64,000 nt of DNA from Strigamia acuminata (Eukaryota): the NCBI GenBank assembly GCA_949358305.1, contig OX442314.1:7626001-7690000 (forward strand). Reading direction: 5' to 3'. Below are positions 31,644-44,815 of this stretch, piece by piece. The notes beneath the pieces are model-generated. The model was given only the letters and a program-made list of their open reading frames with translations. It was not told the DNA's origin and searched no databases. How positions within the stretch are numbered: position 1 is the stretch's first letter; the number at the start of each line of letters is the position of its first letter. The translations under genes and the position numbers were made by a program.

Positions 31644-34490
31644 TCAATCCTTCTTGCTGGGACCCGACGCTGGATCCATCGCCTGGGCGAAACTCACTCC
31701 AGGGACGGGCGGCTCAGCGCCGGGCGGCACAACGCCGGGCGGCAAAACCAGATCTCCAACCAAGGCTGAAGACTGGTCGCGGGGGTCCTCGTGCTCGGAA
31801 ATAAAGCACAATTCGTGGCCGCCGGCTGGCTCGTACGGGGCACGTCTCCTCTCATGCAGCCAAACCCGCGGAATGAACGCTGAAAACCCGGAATTGGTGT
31901 GCCGGATCGCGTTCGCCTCCGCGGCTGTTCGGGGCGCACGGTGGGCCCTCAGCAGGCGCTGATGGAGGATCAAATCGGTGGTTTGGCGCACCTGGTTGTG
32001 TAGCCAAACAAATACCGATTTCCCCTTGTCTCTCTGCGCGAGGATGAATTTTCGCGTCGCCGTCGTCATCGACAGCTGAGAGAACTCGTCGCACAGCTTT
32101 TCATAATAGTTTGTCTGAGGCTTCGCCGCTTTCGCTGGCTTGGCGCTCTTCGAAACTACCGCTTGCTCGACGGTCTCTTCCCGCGCTGGCTGGGCTGCGG
32201 GAGGCGTCAGGCTCTGGCGAGCGGCGGACATCGTTGGTGGCGTCCGACATAACAAGCGTCTCGGCTTACCCGCCACATTCGATAGGGCGGGTGTCTGTGG
32301 TGCCGCCGCTGGTGGCATCGGTGGCGGCGGCGGAGGTGGAGTTGGGGCTCCACGTGAAGCAGTCGAAGAGGCGGCGTCGCTCTCCATCGGCTCTTCACTC
32401 GTGACCATCATCGCGCACGGCTGCGTCGATGGTGTCGGCGTCCACGTGGCAACGGCGTGGCGGAAGGCCATGCTCCGCAACTTGTACCCCTCCCATTCGG
32501 GGTTCACCACGTCCCGGGTCAGCTCGAATCGAGTCATCGCCGGGTTGGGGAGAATGGCGCTCCATTCCCCAACAAGTGCACGAGGTATCTGTACACCTTC
32601 TCGGTCTACGACGGACCAGCAGGCCATCGCCTGTCGCCCGACCCCAAAGAGCGAAGGGGTTAATAGCTGGACCATGATTTCAGTCAAGGCCAGCTGCAGA
32701 CGACGGCGGTTTACTGGATTACTGCGGTCGGAATCCTCAGCGAACGCACGCGAGTGATGTCGCATCATCGAAATTCCCCACTCGATGAAATGGCGCTGAG
32801 TGACGTCGGCGCCCTGCAGAGCAGCGGCGGCGGCTCTCGGGTCCTCCATCACGAATGAGAAGGCTAAGAGCTCTTCAATCGATGGATTGGCTGCTTCTCG
32901 CGCTAGCCTCGCGTTTTCATCACGCTGTTCATACCACATCGCTGTGCGGTCGTGTCTCGCCGAGCTCGGGTAATATTTTCCGAATCGGGCGTTATGGCAT
33001 TCCCGCGCGATACTCTGGTGCACGGGCAACATCACAGAGTCGTCGACGGCCAAGTCCGGCATAGTGCTCGAACCTGGCATCGGCGGCGGCTGAGGCGGAG
33101 GCTGCGTCGGCGGCGGCAGCGTCAGGGACGGCTGTGCCGGCAGTGGTTGCGACGTCGATGGCTGCGTCGGCAACAGCAACGTCAAAGACTGTTGTGCTGG
33201 CGGTGGCAGCGTTGCTTGCACTCCAGTCGGCGTGACTTGGAGTGCCGGGAGCTGGCTTACAGAACTCGTCGGTGGAACGACGGCCGTAGGTGCGTTTTCT
33301 ACACGCGGTCGCGAATTGACATATTCGCTTAACCACCGTGCCACCTCGTGTGGGATCACGGTCCCCTCAGCGACGACGCCCATCTTGCGGACGAATTGCA
33401 TCGCGGGGTCGAAACGCAACAATTTCTTGCGTTTCATCTGAGTGATGATCTCGCGAAGGTCCCGCGTGTCTGGCGCTAGGACGCGACGCTCCCCGGAAGA
33501 TCTGCCACTCGACTTTGATCGTGCTTCTCTCGCTTCCTTCGCTTCGATTGCTTTGAGAGCGTGTTCGGGAAGGGGAATTCCCCGCGCCTCGCAGCGAGCG
33601 AAATACCGCTCTTTGCGGTCTCGTTTCCGCTGCTCACGGTGAGTCAGCGGACGGCGGCTGGTACCGGGACGAGAGACTCGCTCTTCGTCGCCAGAAATCC
33701 AGACTTCTCGAGTCTCTTTACCGTCCTTCATCTGACGGTTGACAAACACTCGTGGTTTGTGTTGCTTGGCGGAGTCGCGCGGTTGTTGCGCTGACGTGCC
33801 CGCTCCATCGTCTAAGGTCGAGTGCCTTTCGACGCACTGTTTCTTCGACCGGCCCGGGGAGCGCGATTCGCTGCCCCCGGTTCCCTTGGAGCGCTTGCGC
33901 TTCCTTGGGAAATTATATTTTGGGCCGAGAATTCCCAAATAATGTAACTGCCACATTTCGGCTTGTGACGTGAGAATCCCCATTCTCGGTCGCCACTGTG
34001 GCGTAACTTCTCCCTGCCGAATCTGCTCGCACCACAGGTGTATATCGGCGGTGCTCATTCCGTCGTCTTGCAGGATACGCTCTGCAACCGCCGGCGCAGT
34101 GTCGATTAGCTGCTGGCGGTAGTGATTATACACTTCTTCGCGGGCCTCCTCGGTCTCGGCCGCTTGCCACGCGAACAATACATGCTCCTCCACTGGCCTG
34201 CCGGAGTATTGGCTCGACAGGGCTTGGTGGAAGATCGGAGACTTCGGGTCATCGCTGCGAGCGAGCTCTGCAGCAACGACGTCTCGCACCGACTCCGGGA
34301 ACGCGTCCAGGAGTGTACAGTCGTTAACCCAACGCTTGGCGAGGGCGCGTGAAAATAATACGCGCAGGCGGTATGGATTTGCATCCTCGCCAAAGCAGCG
34401 GCGCAGAAAATCGGGCAGTACGCCTCGATAAATGCCCGCTCGCACTATGCATGCGGGGCTGAGCGCTCCCCACGTGTTTCGGAGCTCCAT
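31644..34490 (-). CDS. ORF3 of family A, A2 variant (948 aa), unknown function
   Basis: Colinear homologue of A1 ORF3 (e.g. TPQWRPRMGILTSQAEMWQLH, RPLTHREQRKRDRKERYFARCEARG); starts at CAG|ATG. Confidence 0.88.
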   Translation of the reverse strand: MELRNTWGALSPACIVRAGIYRGVLPDFLRRCFGEDANPYRLRVLFSRALAKRWVNDCTLLDAFPESVRDVVAAELARSDDPKSPIFHQALSSQYSGRPVEEHVLFAWQAAETEEAREEVYNHYRQQLIDTAPAVAERILQDDGMSTADIHLWCEQIRQGEVTPQWRPRMGILTSQAEMWQLHYLGILGPKYNFPRKRKRSKGTGGSESRSPGRSKKQCVERHSTLDDGAGTSAQQPRDSAKQHKPRVFVNRQMKDGKETREVWISGDEERVSRPGTSRRPLTHREQRKRDRKERYFARCEARGIPLPEHALKAIEAKEAREARSKSSGRSSGERRVLAPDTRDLREIITQMKRKKLLRFDPAMQFVRKMGVVAEGTVIPHEVARWLSEYVNSRPRVENAPTAVVPPTSSVSQLPALQVTPTGVQATLPPPAQQSLTLLLPTQPSTSQPLPAQPSLTLPPPTQPPPQPPPMPGSSTMPDLAVDDSVMLPVHQSIARECHNARFGKYYPSSARHDRTAMWYEQRDENARLAREAANPSIEELLAFSFVMEDPRAAAAALQGADVTQRHFIEWGISMMRHHSRAFAEDSDRSNPVNRRRLQLALTEIMVQLLTPSLFGVGRQAMACWSVVDREGVQIPRALVGEWSAILPNPAMTRFELTRDVVNPEWEGYKLRSMAFRHAVATWTPTPSTQPCAMMVTSEEPMESDAASSTASRGAPTPPPPPPPMPPAAAPQTPALSNVAGKPRRLLCRTPPTMSAARQSLTPPAAQPAREETVEQAVVSKSAKPAKAAKPQTNYYEKLCDEFSQLSMTTATRKFILAQRDKGKSVFVWLHNQVRQTTDLILHQRLLRAHRAPRTAAEANAIRHTNSGFSAFIPRVWLHERRRAPYEPAGGHELCFISEHEDPRDQSSALVGDLVLPPGVVPPGAEPPVPGVSFAQAMDPASGPSKKD

Positions 34491-35220
34491 CTGCAATGAT
34501 GGAAATAAAAATAATTACTACAATTGCCAATAACACGGAGATAAATAAGGGTGGGCTCGAGGAACGTCGCTGAAACGTGCGGCCGTTCGTCGAGTCCGAT
34601 TCCTGCTCATTGATTCGTCCTTGTCAGGAAGAAAAGAGTCTTCTTGGCACATCTGGCTCACGTCCAACGATAACCACGAGACGGAATCAGGCATCTTAAT
34701 CTGGAAATTCTCTTCGGATTATTTAATATTTAAAATTAATGTGTAATAAATTAAATAAACTCGCGAAATCGTTCGCGAAAATTTCAAATGACAATTTTAG
34801 AACATGTAAATAAATGTTCTTGTCGTAAAAATAAATTTATCTAATAATAACTCCAAAATTCGGAGTTAAAGTCGAGTTAAGAACGAATCTAAAATAAATT
34901 AGTGTCATCGGAAAAAATTCGCGAATAAAATAACGAATAAAATAGAAAACAACGTTCTATAAATTATTCCAAAATCTACCCAATAAATTAGTCCCATTCC
35001 TTGGAATATAAAAAGAAAGCTTGTTTCCTTTGTCTCGTTCGTGTCAATTGTCGTGAGTCATTTTCAAGGAGCGAGGCGACATTAAGTCTGCGATCGCGTC
35101 CTTGAAAACAAACAATAAGGAGAAAATACAATCGCTTGCGCGATCGTGGGTATTAATGCATCAATTATTATTGCGAACGCAGAGCGTTCATGTCAAGTAT
35201 TAGTCAAATGTGTCTTTAAT

Positions 35221-35361
35221 TCAACCGCACGGAGCTAAATCTCGTGCGTCGATGTCGACTACTACCTGATCGAGTGGAATCACGTTAACGTCCTGATCCC
35301 AGTTCTCGTCTGCTTGATGCTCGATTTCAAGCATTTCCTTGTCCCCTCCTTCCTCAGCCAT
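35221..35361 (-). CDS. Small acidic ORF (46 aa) or first exon of ORF3 (A2)
   Basis: MAEEGGDKEMLEIEHQADENWDQDVNVIPLDQVVVDI..; homologous to A1 23885-23995; CAG|GTAGTA. Confidence 0.5.
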   Translation of the reverse strand: MAEEGGDKEMLEIEHQADENWDQDVNVIPLDQVVVDIDARDLAPCG

Positions 35362-35839
35362 CGTGAGGATTGCGCGTTCAGTCAGACCACGATAAAAAAA
35401 CTTAAAACTCCTCGTAAAATGGATCAAAAACTCGGTTAAGAATAAACTCGATGTGTATCACGTGCGGACGGCGATCAGCTGATTTAGCGGAAGTCCGGGT
35501 GAAAACGAGGCTATCGTGGTGGGTTCTGGGTAATTTACTCCAGAACCAGGTGTTTGAGACTTGTGCGCAACAGCCCGTGCGCATGTTACGCTACGGGGCT
35601 CCTTTGTTTCTACGCCCGTGCGCGATTGCTGCTACGGGGTCTTTTGCACGCGGTATCCGACCCGTGCCGATAATTTTGCTACGGGTCCCGCGTTTCCACG
35701 CCATCTTGTGACGTGAATTCGACCGATATCCGCTTTGTTGGACTTAGCGAAATTTTCAGAGTCTCGGATTTTGATGGCTAGCGCTGTCGATCGATCAATT
35801 TTTTTGTTTTTCAGCGTCGCCATCGACTCGTAACGTTTT

Positions 35840-36515
35840 CTACTCCTTTCCTACGACCTTTCCGTCTTTTATGAACGGATTACTTCTACGAGGCCGCAGG
35901 TGATGAGTCGAGACAGGTACGATTTCTTTTATTTTTTGTGTCTGTACCTCCTCATGTGTATTTCCTTTTTTATCCGTGTTTTTTGTGTTTGTTTCAGGAG
36001 TTTCTCCTGTTTCCCCCCCGACCAAAATTGAATCCGGAACGGATTCAACTATCTCGTTTACCGGAGGTGGAGGGGCGTCGAAATACTCCTCGTTGTCACT
36101 CGGCGGTGCTTTTTCCGACTCGCCAGCGAACATATCGACGATTTGGCCGTCAGTTTTGGACTTGACTTGGCCCTTGCCCCACATTTCTTGCGGGAATTCC
36201 GGAATGTACGGAGTTAACTCTCGTACTTGTATCGATTTATGCTCGGTATTGTCCTCGAGCTTACGTAATTTATACGCGTTACCGCCATGCTTGTCGATGA
36301 TCACATACGGACCATCTCTCCTGTCGGCCAAGCTGGCGGTGATTCCTCTCGCTGCATTTGAGAGGATGTGGGTGTCTTTCCACACCAAATCGTTAATCTC
36401 GAAATTCACGAATTTTCCACCGCTTTTATCTTGTAAAATGCGGTCGCGCATGTTAAAAATGTGCGCCATCATATGCTTGTAAGTGTTGGAGATGGTTTGC
36501 TCCAATTTATACACG
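35840..36515 (-). pseudogene. pol: A2 pol, 3' part (integrase C-terminus) separated by the solo LTR
   Basis: YKLEQTIS...DGPY...KVVGKE, nearly identical to the A1 Pol C-terminus. Confidence 0.92.
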
Positions 36516-38267
36516 TGTGACGATTCTACTTTTGGGCTAATTTATTAGTCCTTTTGAGATAGATAATTCGGTTTATACAAGACGTTGCTAAGTTTAGCAA
36601 CAACCTAACCGAGATAAGCTACGGAAGCCCTTACAAACATGAATATGTGATCAAGTAGAAATAACTTACAGTTTTAGTGTGACATAACATATTTATTACT
36701 AAATATTAATCAATAACAAAGATGGGTTCTTGACACGTGTAAACGGGCGGCATCAACTGGTTGAGGATCCGGGCGAAGCCAGAGGGATACGGCTGACTTG
36801 CGGCATCGTCACAAATATCGCTACGGAGACGTATTTGGTCCGCAGCTCGAATATCTAAACATGCGAAGAGTCCTTCGCATTAATCGGAATATTCGGCAGA
36901 ATATTCCATGTTCCAAATGAATAAAAGTAAAATGGTTAAAGTAATATAACAAATGAATTGTTATATAAATAATAATTGGGCGGGGATCGTCACGACAATT
37001 GAGAGAACGTCGCGGGAGTTGTTGAGACTCCATCCGCCAGCACGCCTTACGACGACAAGATCTCGTGATCAGGCGCCGAGTATTTGATTGTACGCTTTAA
37101 TTCGCTGTCGGTGGTACCAACCACCAGGTAAACATTTCTATGGACTTACCGGGTTTAAAAGATATTGCCAATACAGGATTACCAATGCCCGAGTAATTTG
37201 TTTAACACAGTGTTGTTCAACTCCTGTTCACGGGTTACTAACCCGGAGGGTACGATGGGGCGGGGACCGTCACGACGGTCGAGAGAACCATCGCGGGAGG
37301 ATTTGACTCCTCCATCCGCCAGCATGCCTTACGATGGCGGGATCCAATGATCGAGCACCGGGTAAATATTAATCGGCCACTGCCGTTGGATTACCATTAT
37401 CCAGGTAGTTGTTTTATCGCAACATCTTTAGATATTACTCACGGGATACCAACCCGGCGTGTCACCTGTGCATTAAGCCTTTACCGACTTTTAACGAGCG
37501 GAAGGACCAATCGTAGAAAGACGGGAACCTGCGTGGGCTGTTTACAACAACCATCCTGCAGCGGACTGTGGCCAGTTAGCTGAGGGACCTACTTTCATTT
37601 AGCAAGGTCGTACTGTATACGACCGTTATATTAAGCCACCGTACGAAGTCCTACTGTCCCGTAGAACAGCTGGCTAACGTTACGGGGCTATTTCATGCGG
37701 ATGCATGTCTATTACCGGAGTTAGCCTTCCCGAAATAGCCCTACAACAGCAATAACAAAATAGTAATGAATACTAACTGTGGAGAGCTGAGGTGGCCTGA
37801 TGTGTCGATAGAGAATAATGAAATCAAACGATAACAATTCAACTACAGACAATATACAAGTTCAGTTATCAAGCAAGCAAGCTCTGGGGAAGTGAAAAAC
37901 TGATGCTTATATAGTTCTGTAGAACTACTAGATTGGCGACAGCCAATCAGCGTACGAGTCGGCGGATTCGTGGGTCACTAGTCCGGACCTAATATATGAC
38001 TATGTCCAGATGGGCCCAGTTGGGGTCCGGAAGGGTCCGATTGGTTCCCTTCGACAGGTAAGTAAAGTGGATATTGATTCGATAGAATCAACATCATCAA
38101 GTAATTAATACTTAATTTATATCGAATAAAATAGTTATATTTTATTCACCGTGTCTAAATAATTATTTATCACACTTTTTAGTTTTAACCGAGTTTGAAA
38201 TACGCGCGTTGGTTAAACAGCGCCATCTATGGTGAACATTGATAACTATCGATTTGTAATCATCACA
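36516..38267 (-). mobile_element. Family-B solo LTR (1752 bp) inserted in A2 integrase
   Basis: Homologous to 1079-2819; CACG TSD at 36512-15 and 38268-71; removing it restores ...HEYVYKLE. Confidence 0.95.
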
Positions 38268-41200
38268 CACGTACTCATGTGGTTTCTCAGGGTCCACCAC
38301 ATTTACCGACTCTGCCACTCGTGGGTCCCAAGGCACTCGTAGCTCTCGGGCGAAGTTGAGGTAGGCCGGAGAAAAATCTCTCGTCCTCGAGACTGTTGTT
38401 CGTATGCTGAACGCGATCTCCCTCAAGTATTCATCCCACCTATTGTGGATGTCAGTGAATATACTTAATGCATATTTGATATCCCTGTTGAGCCGCTCAA
38501 CGGGATTTGTTCTGGGATTGTAGGTCGAAGTATGTGACGCCACAATCCCGAATTTCTCACAAAACTTACCCCAAATTTTCGAGATAAATTGGGGTCCGTT
38601 ATCGGATATTATTTTACGTGGAAATCCGTAACGTAACGCTACGTCGTAGATACATTCAACGATTTTTTCTGCTGAAGGTCTAGCGACGGCGTACAACTCG
38701 GGCCAACGAGTTGCTACGTCCATTATAACGATAATGTACGCATTTTTATTTCCCGTAACGGGTTTTGGGCCCATCACATCGACACTTAAACAATCAAAAG
38801 GCGCGTAAGGCCCTAAGAAAATAGTTTCGAATGGTGATTTACTCCTCGGCTTGCACGCTTGACATCGCTGGCATTGGTGGACAAAAAGAGCAATATCTTT
38901 TTTCATCCCTGTCCAGTGAAAAAGCTGTGTAGCACGATAGAGTGTTCTGCTTACTCCCGCATGGCTCGCAAGCGGGTGCCTGTGTAACAACCACAGCACG
39001 CGACCGATTAAGGAAGCAGGTATTACTACCTTTACTGCGATGTCCGATTCACTCAAGTCATCTTGGTGATTTGGGTGATGTTTCACCAAAAGGCCATCAT
39101 CCAATAGGTAATCTATGGATTCGTGTGCATAACGACGCTTCTGCCTTCTGGTCAGATTGGGCGGATATTTTCCCGTCAGTACGAATCTAGCTCTGTCCCG
39201 ACATTTTTTGTCTAATTTTTGTTGCGCAATTATTTCCTCCCTTGTCGGGGGATTGCTTTGCATTTGCTTGCCGACATGAGCGTGGAAGGCGCTTAGAAGC
39301 GGGTCATTTATTCTCCGCTCTAGCTTAAATTCCCTCTTTGCATCTGGGTAATTGTCAGCAGCTGGTTGGTATAACCGCGTCCAGAATCCGCAGAATTTTA
39401 CCTCTGCCGGAGACGCGGTAGGAATTTCATTCATTTTCCTTAAATCCCAACGGTGACAACTCGTAGGGCAATAAATGATGCGGGAGTCATCCTCGCCATC
39501 ATCGTCAGCGTCGATTGGATCTGACACTGGTGCCCGTGACAGAGCATCAGCCACGACGTTATATTTGCCGGGCTTGTATTGAATGGTCAAGTCGCATGCC
39601 ATCAGTTCTAACTGCCATCTGGCTAGTCGACCGGCTGGCTCCTTTAATTTCATCAGCCATTGTAACGCTTGATGATCTGTGTGGACTACAAATTTGGTAT
39701 ATTCGAGATAATCTCTGAATTTCCTTATAGCCCACACAACTGCCAAACACTCCAACTCTGTGGCGTTGTAATTTTTTTCAGCGCCTTGGAGTTTGCGACT
39801 TATAAACATGCACGGCAGGTCTTGTTCGACTCCGTCGCGCACGTGTGTTTGGAGCAATGCTGCTCCCAACCCAACTCTGCTGGCGTCCGTGTGTAATATG
39901 AACGGCCGGTTTAAATCGGGTAGAGGCATTACGCCGACTTCCGTCAGCATCCTCTTTATCGCATTAAATGCGATGTTGCACTCACTTGACCATACAAATT
40001 CGTTTTCATTCTTCAGGAGGTCGGTAACTGGGGCTGCCACTTCAGCTAGACCCGGTAGCAACCTGCCGAAGAAGTTTATCATTCCCATAAACCGTTGGAC
40101 ACCTTTAACGTCCTCGGGTGGTGGGAAACGATTAATCGCATCGATTTTTTCGGGGCCAATAGCTAAACCATTGACTCCAATGCGATAACCCAAGAAGGCA
40201 AGCTCCTTTCGACAGAACTTGCTCTTGCCCGGGTGAACGTGTAACCCAGCTTTTGCCAGCCGGGTGAGCACTTGGTCGATATGCTCAATGTGCTCTTCAA
40301 ATGTTTTTGAGACGATGACAATGTCATCTAAGTATGCCCACACAAACTGATGCAATATATCACCCAATACGCTCTCGATTAGTCTCTGAAAGGTACTGGG
40401 AGCATTCACTAAACCAAACGGCATGACGTTGAACATCAACCGTCCAATTGGCGAGTAAAATGCTGTCTTTAGTTTATCCTCTGGCCTCATTTCTACTTGC
40501 CAGTATCCCTTCGACAGATCCATCGTCGTAACCCAAGAAAAGGGGCTAAGCTCTCTCAAAATGGATTCGATCGACGGCATCTGTATGGGATCTATCTCCG
40601 TCACCGCGTTTAATGGGCGGTAATCAATGCATAGGCGTGGGTCCGAGCCCGGGCGCATCACGAGCACAACTCGCGTCGCGTATTCTCCCTGGGCCTCGGA
40701 GACAATGCCACTGTCTAGCATTTCTTTGCACATTTTTTGCACTATTTCACGTTTTTGCGGGTTCATTCCCTTATACGCAACTCGTATAGGTTTATTATCC
40801 GTCAATTTAATTTCGTGAATAGCCCTATTCGTTCGGCCCGGTTTTTTCGACAGGATCCCCTCATATTTAAGTAGGACCCTTCGTAGGGCTGCCGCTTCGT
40901 TTAATTCTAAAGCGGCGTCGGCGACAAGCGTTTCCACTACATTGTCCCGTTGCAATTCTGCTACGAATGCTTTAAAATCGTAGTCTTGAACGAATTTCTT
41001 TAGGCCTTTCTCCCACTGTGTCTTGTCGGCCGCTTCTTTGATAAGAGCTGGTGGCACGACAATTGCGGGTCTTTCTCTATCATTTCTGATATAATTCCAA
41101 GATTTCGTTATTGGATTTGGTTGTATTTCCATTGACGCCATGAGGTCTAAGCCCAACAGAAAAATTCTGTCGCACGTGGGCAGGACCAGGAAAGGGTGCT

Positions 41201-41726
41201 GTTCTACCCCTCCGAGCCACTCCATGGTCAATAATATTACTCCTTTTGGACGCGCCATTCCGTTGGCGGTTTTTAGACGTACATTTTTATTAACGCCTTT
41301 TATCTTATCGGTGAGACCCAATGATGCTACTATGTCTTCGGAAACGAACGAGCGATCTGCTCCCGAGTCTAATAGTCCCATAATTTTTTCGCGTTCTATT
41401 GTCATGGGCAGCATACATAGGCGGCTGGTGTATTCGACCGCCACGTTGCACATGAAAACACGAAATTCTTCTGTCTCTTCGACTACTTGAGGTAATTCTT
41501 CAAGCAGTAGGTTCGGTTCTTCCGCCTCAGCCTCGGCGTTTGCGGTAATAACCTGCAAAGCGTTGTTGGCCCTGTCTTGGATCTGGGCGTTAGCTATGTC
41601 ACTACCCATTTCTTTGACTGGTGGCGGTTTATCGAACCCTTTGTTAAACCCCTTCTTCTTCATGAATAGCGCAGACGGTCGAGAAGTTATTTCTTCGCCG
41701 CCTGCGCTGACTCGTTTTTTGACTCG
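38268..41726 (-). pseudogene. pol: A2 pol, 5' part (PR-RT-RH-IN core), truncated by the insertion
   Basis: ORF 38163-41663 nearly identical to A1 Pol up to PEKPHEYV. Confidence 0.93.
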
Positions 41727-44700
41727 TTTTTTGCCATGGCGAGTTTAATCTCTGCCATCTGCTTCATTATCGCGTCAAACTTAGCGTCTTCTTTCGCTGT
41801 TCTTGGGCACTCATTGGAATAGTGACCCGGTTGGTTACACTTGAAACAACGAATATTTGATTTGTCTCTTGGGGCTTCAATCGATTTTTTCTTTTCAGGG
41901 TCTGCTTTCGACGGTGGCGTGTAATTTTTTCGAAAATACTTCGGAATTCGGCCGGCATTTGGTTTTAACCTGGCGCGAAATTCTTCTACCGCTCTATCTC
42001 GATGGATGAGATGTACTAGCGGTCCTTCTTCATCGCAACCCGTTGATAAGGTATCGCGATAGCTTCGTATTTCTTCGTCCGTCGAATAATCGTCTTTTTC
42101 TTCTTTTTCGTCTGATTTTCCGACATTTTGTTCGGCTTCCTCCCCCTCCTTGACCTCCTCCAATGTCGCTTGCATGGCTGACGCTGTCGGTGCCTTTTTA
42201 GGGGCGGCCAAAGGGTTGGAAGGCAGCGTGGATGTCAGTTTATTTTTTATTTGTAAACCAACGCTAGCTTCTGCCAGTTCCATTATACCGCTAAGATATT
42301 CAGTAGGGCGCATGATTTTGTCTGTCGCCTTATATCTTTCCGCACTCAACTTGAGACGGTTTGCGGTTGCTGCTTTCTCCGCTTCGGGTAAAGCGGAATA
42401 GTATCTCTTCTCGATATCTATCGTGTTCTCGAACAGAAAGGCGCTCATTTCCTCGTAGCTGCCTCCTGTCGGTGCCCTTTCTTCAAGTAGCACCCGTTGC
42501 GAGTATTCCGACAAACCACCGAGAAAGAAAAGGTTGAATCCCGTGGCATGAAATTCCATCGGGGCCTTTTCGAACAACAATCTGGCGCGAATGTCGTAAT
42601 CCATTATGGTTTCACCAGGCATCTGGCGAAGACCTCGCATCTTTCGGCTCACCTCTTCGGGTGTCTCGCCGTAGCGCAGGTCGAATCTCATTAAAAAGTC
42701 GTCCCAATTGACGCCTTTCAATCCTTGGTACCACTCACGTGCCGAGCCTGTCATTAGTTCGACAATACCGTGGGTGAGCATGTCTCCTACGGTGGCTTTA
42801 GTGGCAGTCTTAATCCGAATTACTTCGTCAAGGAAGCGATCTCCCGCTTTCCATGACCCGTCGAAACGGTTCTGAATATAAAATTGCCACCTAATATTCC
42901 CGGTGACACTCATTGTATCACGCCGGGAAACAGCGTATTTTTTCTTTACGCGGTCGCCAGTACTACAATTACGATCGTTTCGTTTGCTCAGATCGATTCC
43001 TTCGGCCTTTAACGAGCCAAGCAGGGCTCTTCCAAGCTCTCCCATCGTATACTGTCGACCCGTCGAATCGGTAAACGCGCTTTGTCGGGGAAGGTCCTGA
43101 AACTCCTCCCGTCGGTGGTCGCTATTTTCCGATCGACGTCGTTTCTCTCTATCGCGCGGAGAGTTGGATCTCTTCCGGCGATTACTGGATTTATCATTTC
43201 GCCTGTCGTCGTTGGACAAGGGGTCGGAGCTGGGGTCGGAAGACGGTGATTGGCGTGGCAGGTCGCGCCGTGAAGAGCTTGACTCTTTCCGGCCCCTACG
43301 ACGGTCGTCACGTTCCCTTTCCCTGCGTTCATCGCGTTCTCTTTCCCTCCGTCTCTCTCCGGAACCTCTCTCCGAATCGTGATGACTGGGTGCATTCGAC
43401 TCCAGTTCATCCGACGACGAATCACTGTTTCCGTAGTGATACTGTTGCTGTCCTCTCTCGCGTTGACGTTCCTCTCTTGACGACGTGCGGTCTTCGGAAT
43501 GTTTTCTCGAAGGTCCGTCGTCTTTGAGGATGGGTACCGGCTGTTGCCAGTCGCTACCCCGCGGATCGTCACGTTGTCGGCTCGTGTGAGTCTGTTCTTC
43601 GTTACGACGCGCGTTGTTCGCATTTATTAATCGGTTGATAGCGTTGTTAGTGTTATCGTCTAACGCCATCATGCGAGGTCGAACGCGTTGTCCGGTTGAA
43701 ACTTCCCGTTTGCGTGGAGTGACTGGCACCTCCTTTTTTCGCTCGGGTTTAGGGCTGACCTTCGGCGTGCGCTTTGGGTCGCCTTCTACGCTCTCGTCGG
43801 ACAATTCGGACGAGCTAACTTCTGGCTTGCGAACGGATTTTGGTTTGTCTCGTTGCAGCCTAGCCATGAAAGCTTGTTCAGCTTCTTGCTGAGAATGGAA
43901 TGCATAACGATGTGCACGTAAGGCTCGATCAACTATTTCAACCTCTTCTGGAGTGGTCGGAACGCGCTGGGATTTGCCGTACTCGAGAGCTCGCGCTTCT
44001 CTTTCCGCCAGCTTCCGTTTTCTCTCGCGGATGGCTTGTCGGGCCTCATTCTCGACATCCGCTTCGAATTGAGCGGAATCTACCATTTGTTGAGCATATG
44101 CGCCTTCAACAACGGTGATTTCTGGGGATAACCTGTGCACTCTTAAAGCTGCACGTACGATTTGTAATGTTTCGTACACAGTTATTTTTCCCGTTGGCAG
44201 AGTGTATCGTACACCTTCTGCCTGTGCCAACTGCATCGTGTCAACCAATGTGGCCGAGACGCTGTAAGGCTGGCTCGGAACACGCTCAGTTTTTGACGCA
44301 TTGGACTTGTGTCCTTCGGACCTGACCGAAGCTGGGCGGCTTTGCGTAATTGGCGTGTTTAGTGCCGAATTAGCTGTCGTATTTGAGGCCGTCTTTTGTA
44401 TTGGAGACGCCGCTTTCGGACTGCCCACCTCGGTGTCGTGCGTTAGACGAGGCGATGGGTTACGGGATAATACCTCGTTTCCGCTCGTCTCGCCGTCACG
44501 GTTAGAACGCGGCAGTTTGGAGTGAGATTGCTCTTCACCCCGCTCTGTCTCGTCCAATCGCTGCCTCGTCTCGGAACGAGACGAGTGCGATGCTTCCGAT
44601 GCGCTTCTACGATCGGGTTTAGGCTTGCGCCGTTTTTGCCTCGCTTCGTGCGCTGAGGCTTTGGGTAAGGGACCTCCAGATCGCAAATGATAATCGGCGC

Positions 44701-44767
44701 CTTTACGGCTACCAGCTCTCTTGTTTGCGTCGGAGTCGGAATCCGTTACTCGGATATTGTCTGCCAT
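41687..44767 (-). CDS. gag: A2 Gag (~1026 aa)
   Basis: CCHC knuckle CFKCNQPGHYSNEC; same tandem slippery sites as A1. Confidence 0.92.
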   Translation of the reverse strand: MADNIRVTDSDSDANKRAGSRKGADYHLRSGGPLPKASAHEARQKRRKPKPDRRSASEASHSSRSETRQRLDETERGEEQSHSKLPRSNRDGETSGNEVLSRNPSPRLTHDTEVGSPKAASPIQKTASNTTANSALNTPITQSRPASVRSEGHKSNASKTERVPSQPYSVSATLVDTMQLAQAEGVRYTLPTGKITVYETLQIVRAALRVHRLSPEITVVEGAYAQQMVDSAQFEADVENEARQAIRERKRKLAEREARALEYGKSQRVPTTPEEVEIVDRALRAHRYAFHSQQEAEQAFMARLQRDKPKSVRKPEVSSSELSDESVEGDPKRTPKVSPKPERKKEVPVTPRKREVSTGQRVRPRMMALDDNTNNAINRLINANNARRNEEQTHTSRQRDDPRGSDWQQPVPILKDDGPSRKHSEDRTSSREERQRERGQQQYHYGNSDSSSDELESNAPSHHDSERGSGERRRERERDERRERERDDRRRGRKESSSSRRDLPRQSPSSDPSSDPLSNDDRRNDKSSNRRKRSNSPRDREKRRRSENSDHRREEFQDLPRQSAFTDSTGRQYTMGELGRALLGSLKAEGIDLSKRNDRNCSTGDRVKKKYAVSRRDTMSVTGNIRWQFYIQNRFDGSWKAGDRFLDEVIRIKTATKATVGDMLTHGIVELMTGSAREWYQGLKGVNWDDFLMRFDLRYGETPEEVSRKMRGLRQMPGETIMDYDIRARLLFEKAPMEFHATGFNLFFLGGLSEYSQRVLLEERAPTGGSYEEMSAFLFENTIDIEKRYYSALPEAEKAATANRLKLSAERYKATDKIMRPTEYLSGIMELAEASVGLQIKNKLTSTLPSNPLAAPKKAPTASAMQATLEEVKEGEEAEQNVGKSDEKEEKDDYSTDEEIRSYRDTLSTGCDEEGPLVHLIHRDRAVEEFRARLKPNAGRIPKYFRKNYTPPSKADPEKKKSIEAPRDKSNIRCFKCNQPGHYSNECPRTAKEDAKFDAIMKQMAEIKLAMAKNESKNESAQAAKK

Positions 44768-44815
44768 TTTTGGGTATGAAAATGATCTCAAGTTCTATTC
44801 GAGTCGTTTAAATCG

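Noticed and set aside
38163..38267. Novel Pol C-terminus CDDYKSIV...KKCDK in A2
   Set aside because: Read-through into the inserted solo LTR.
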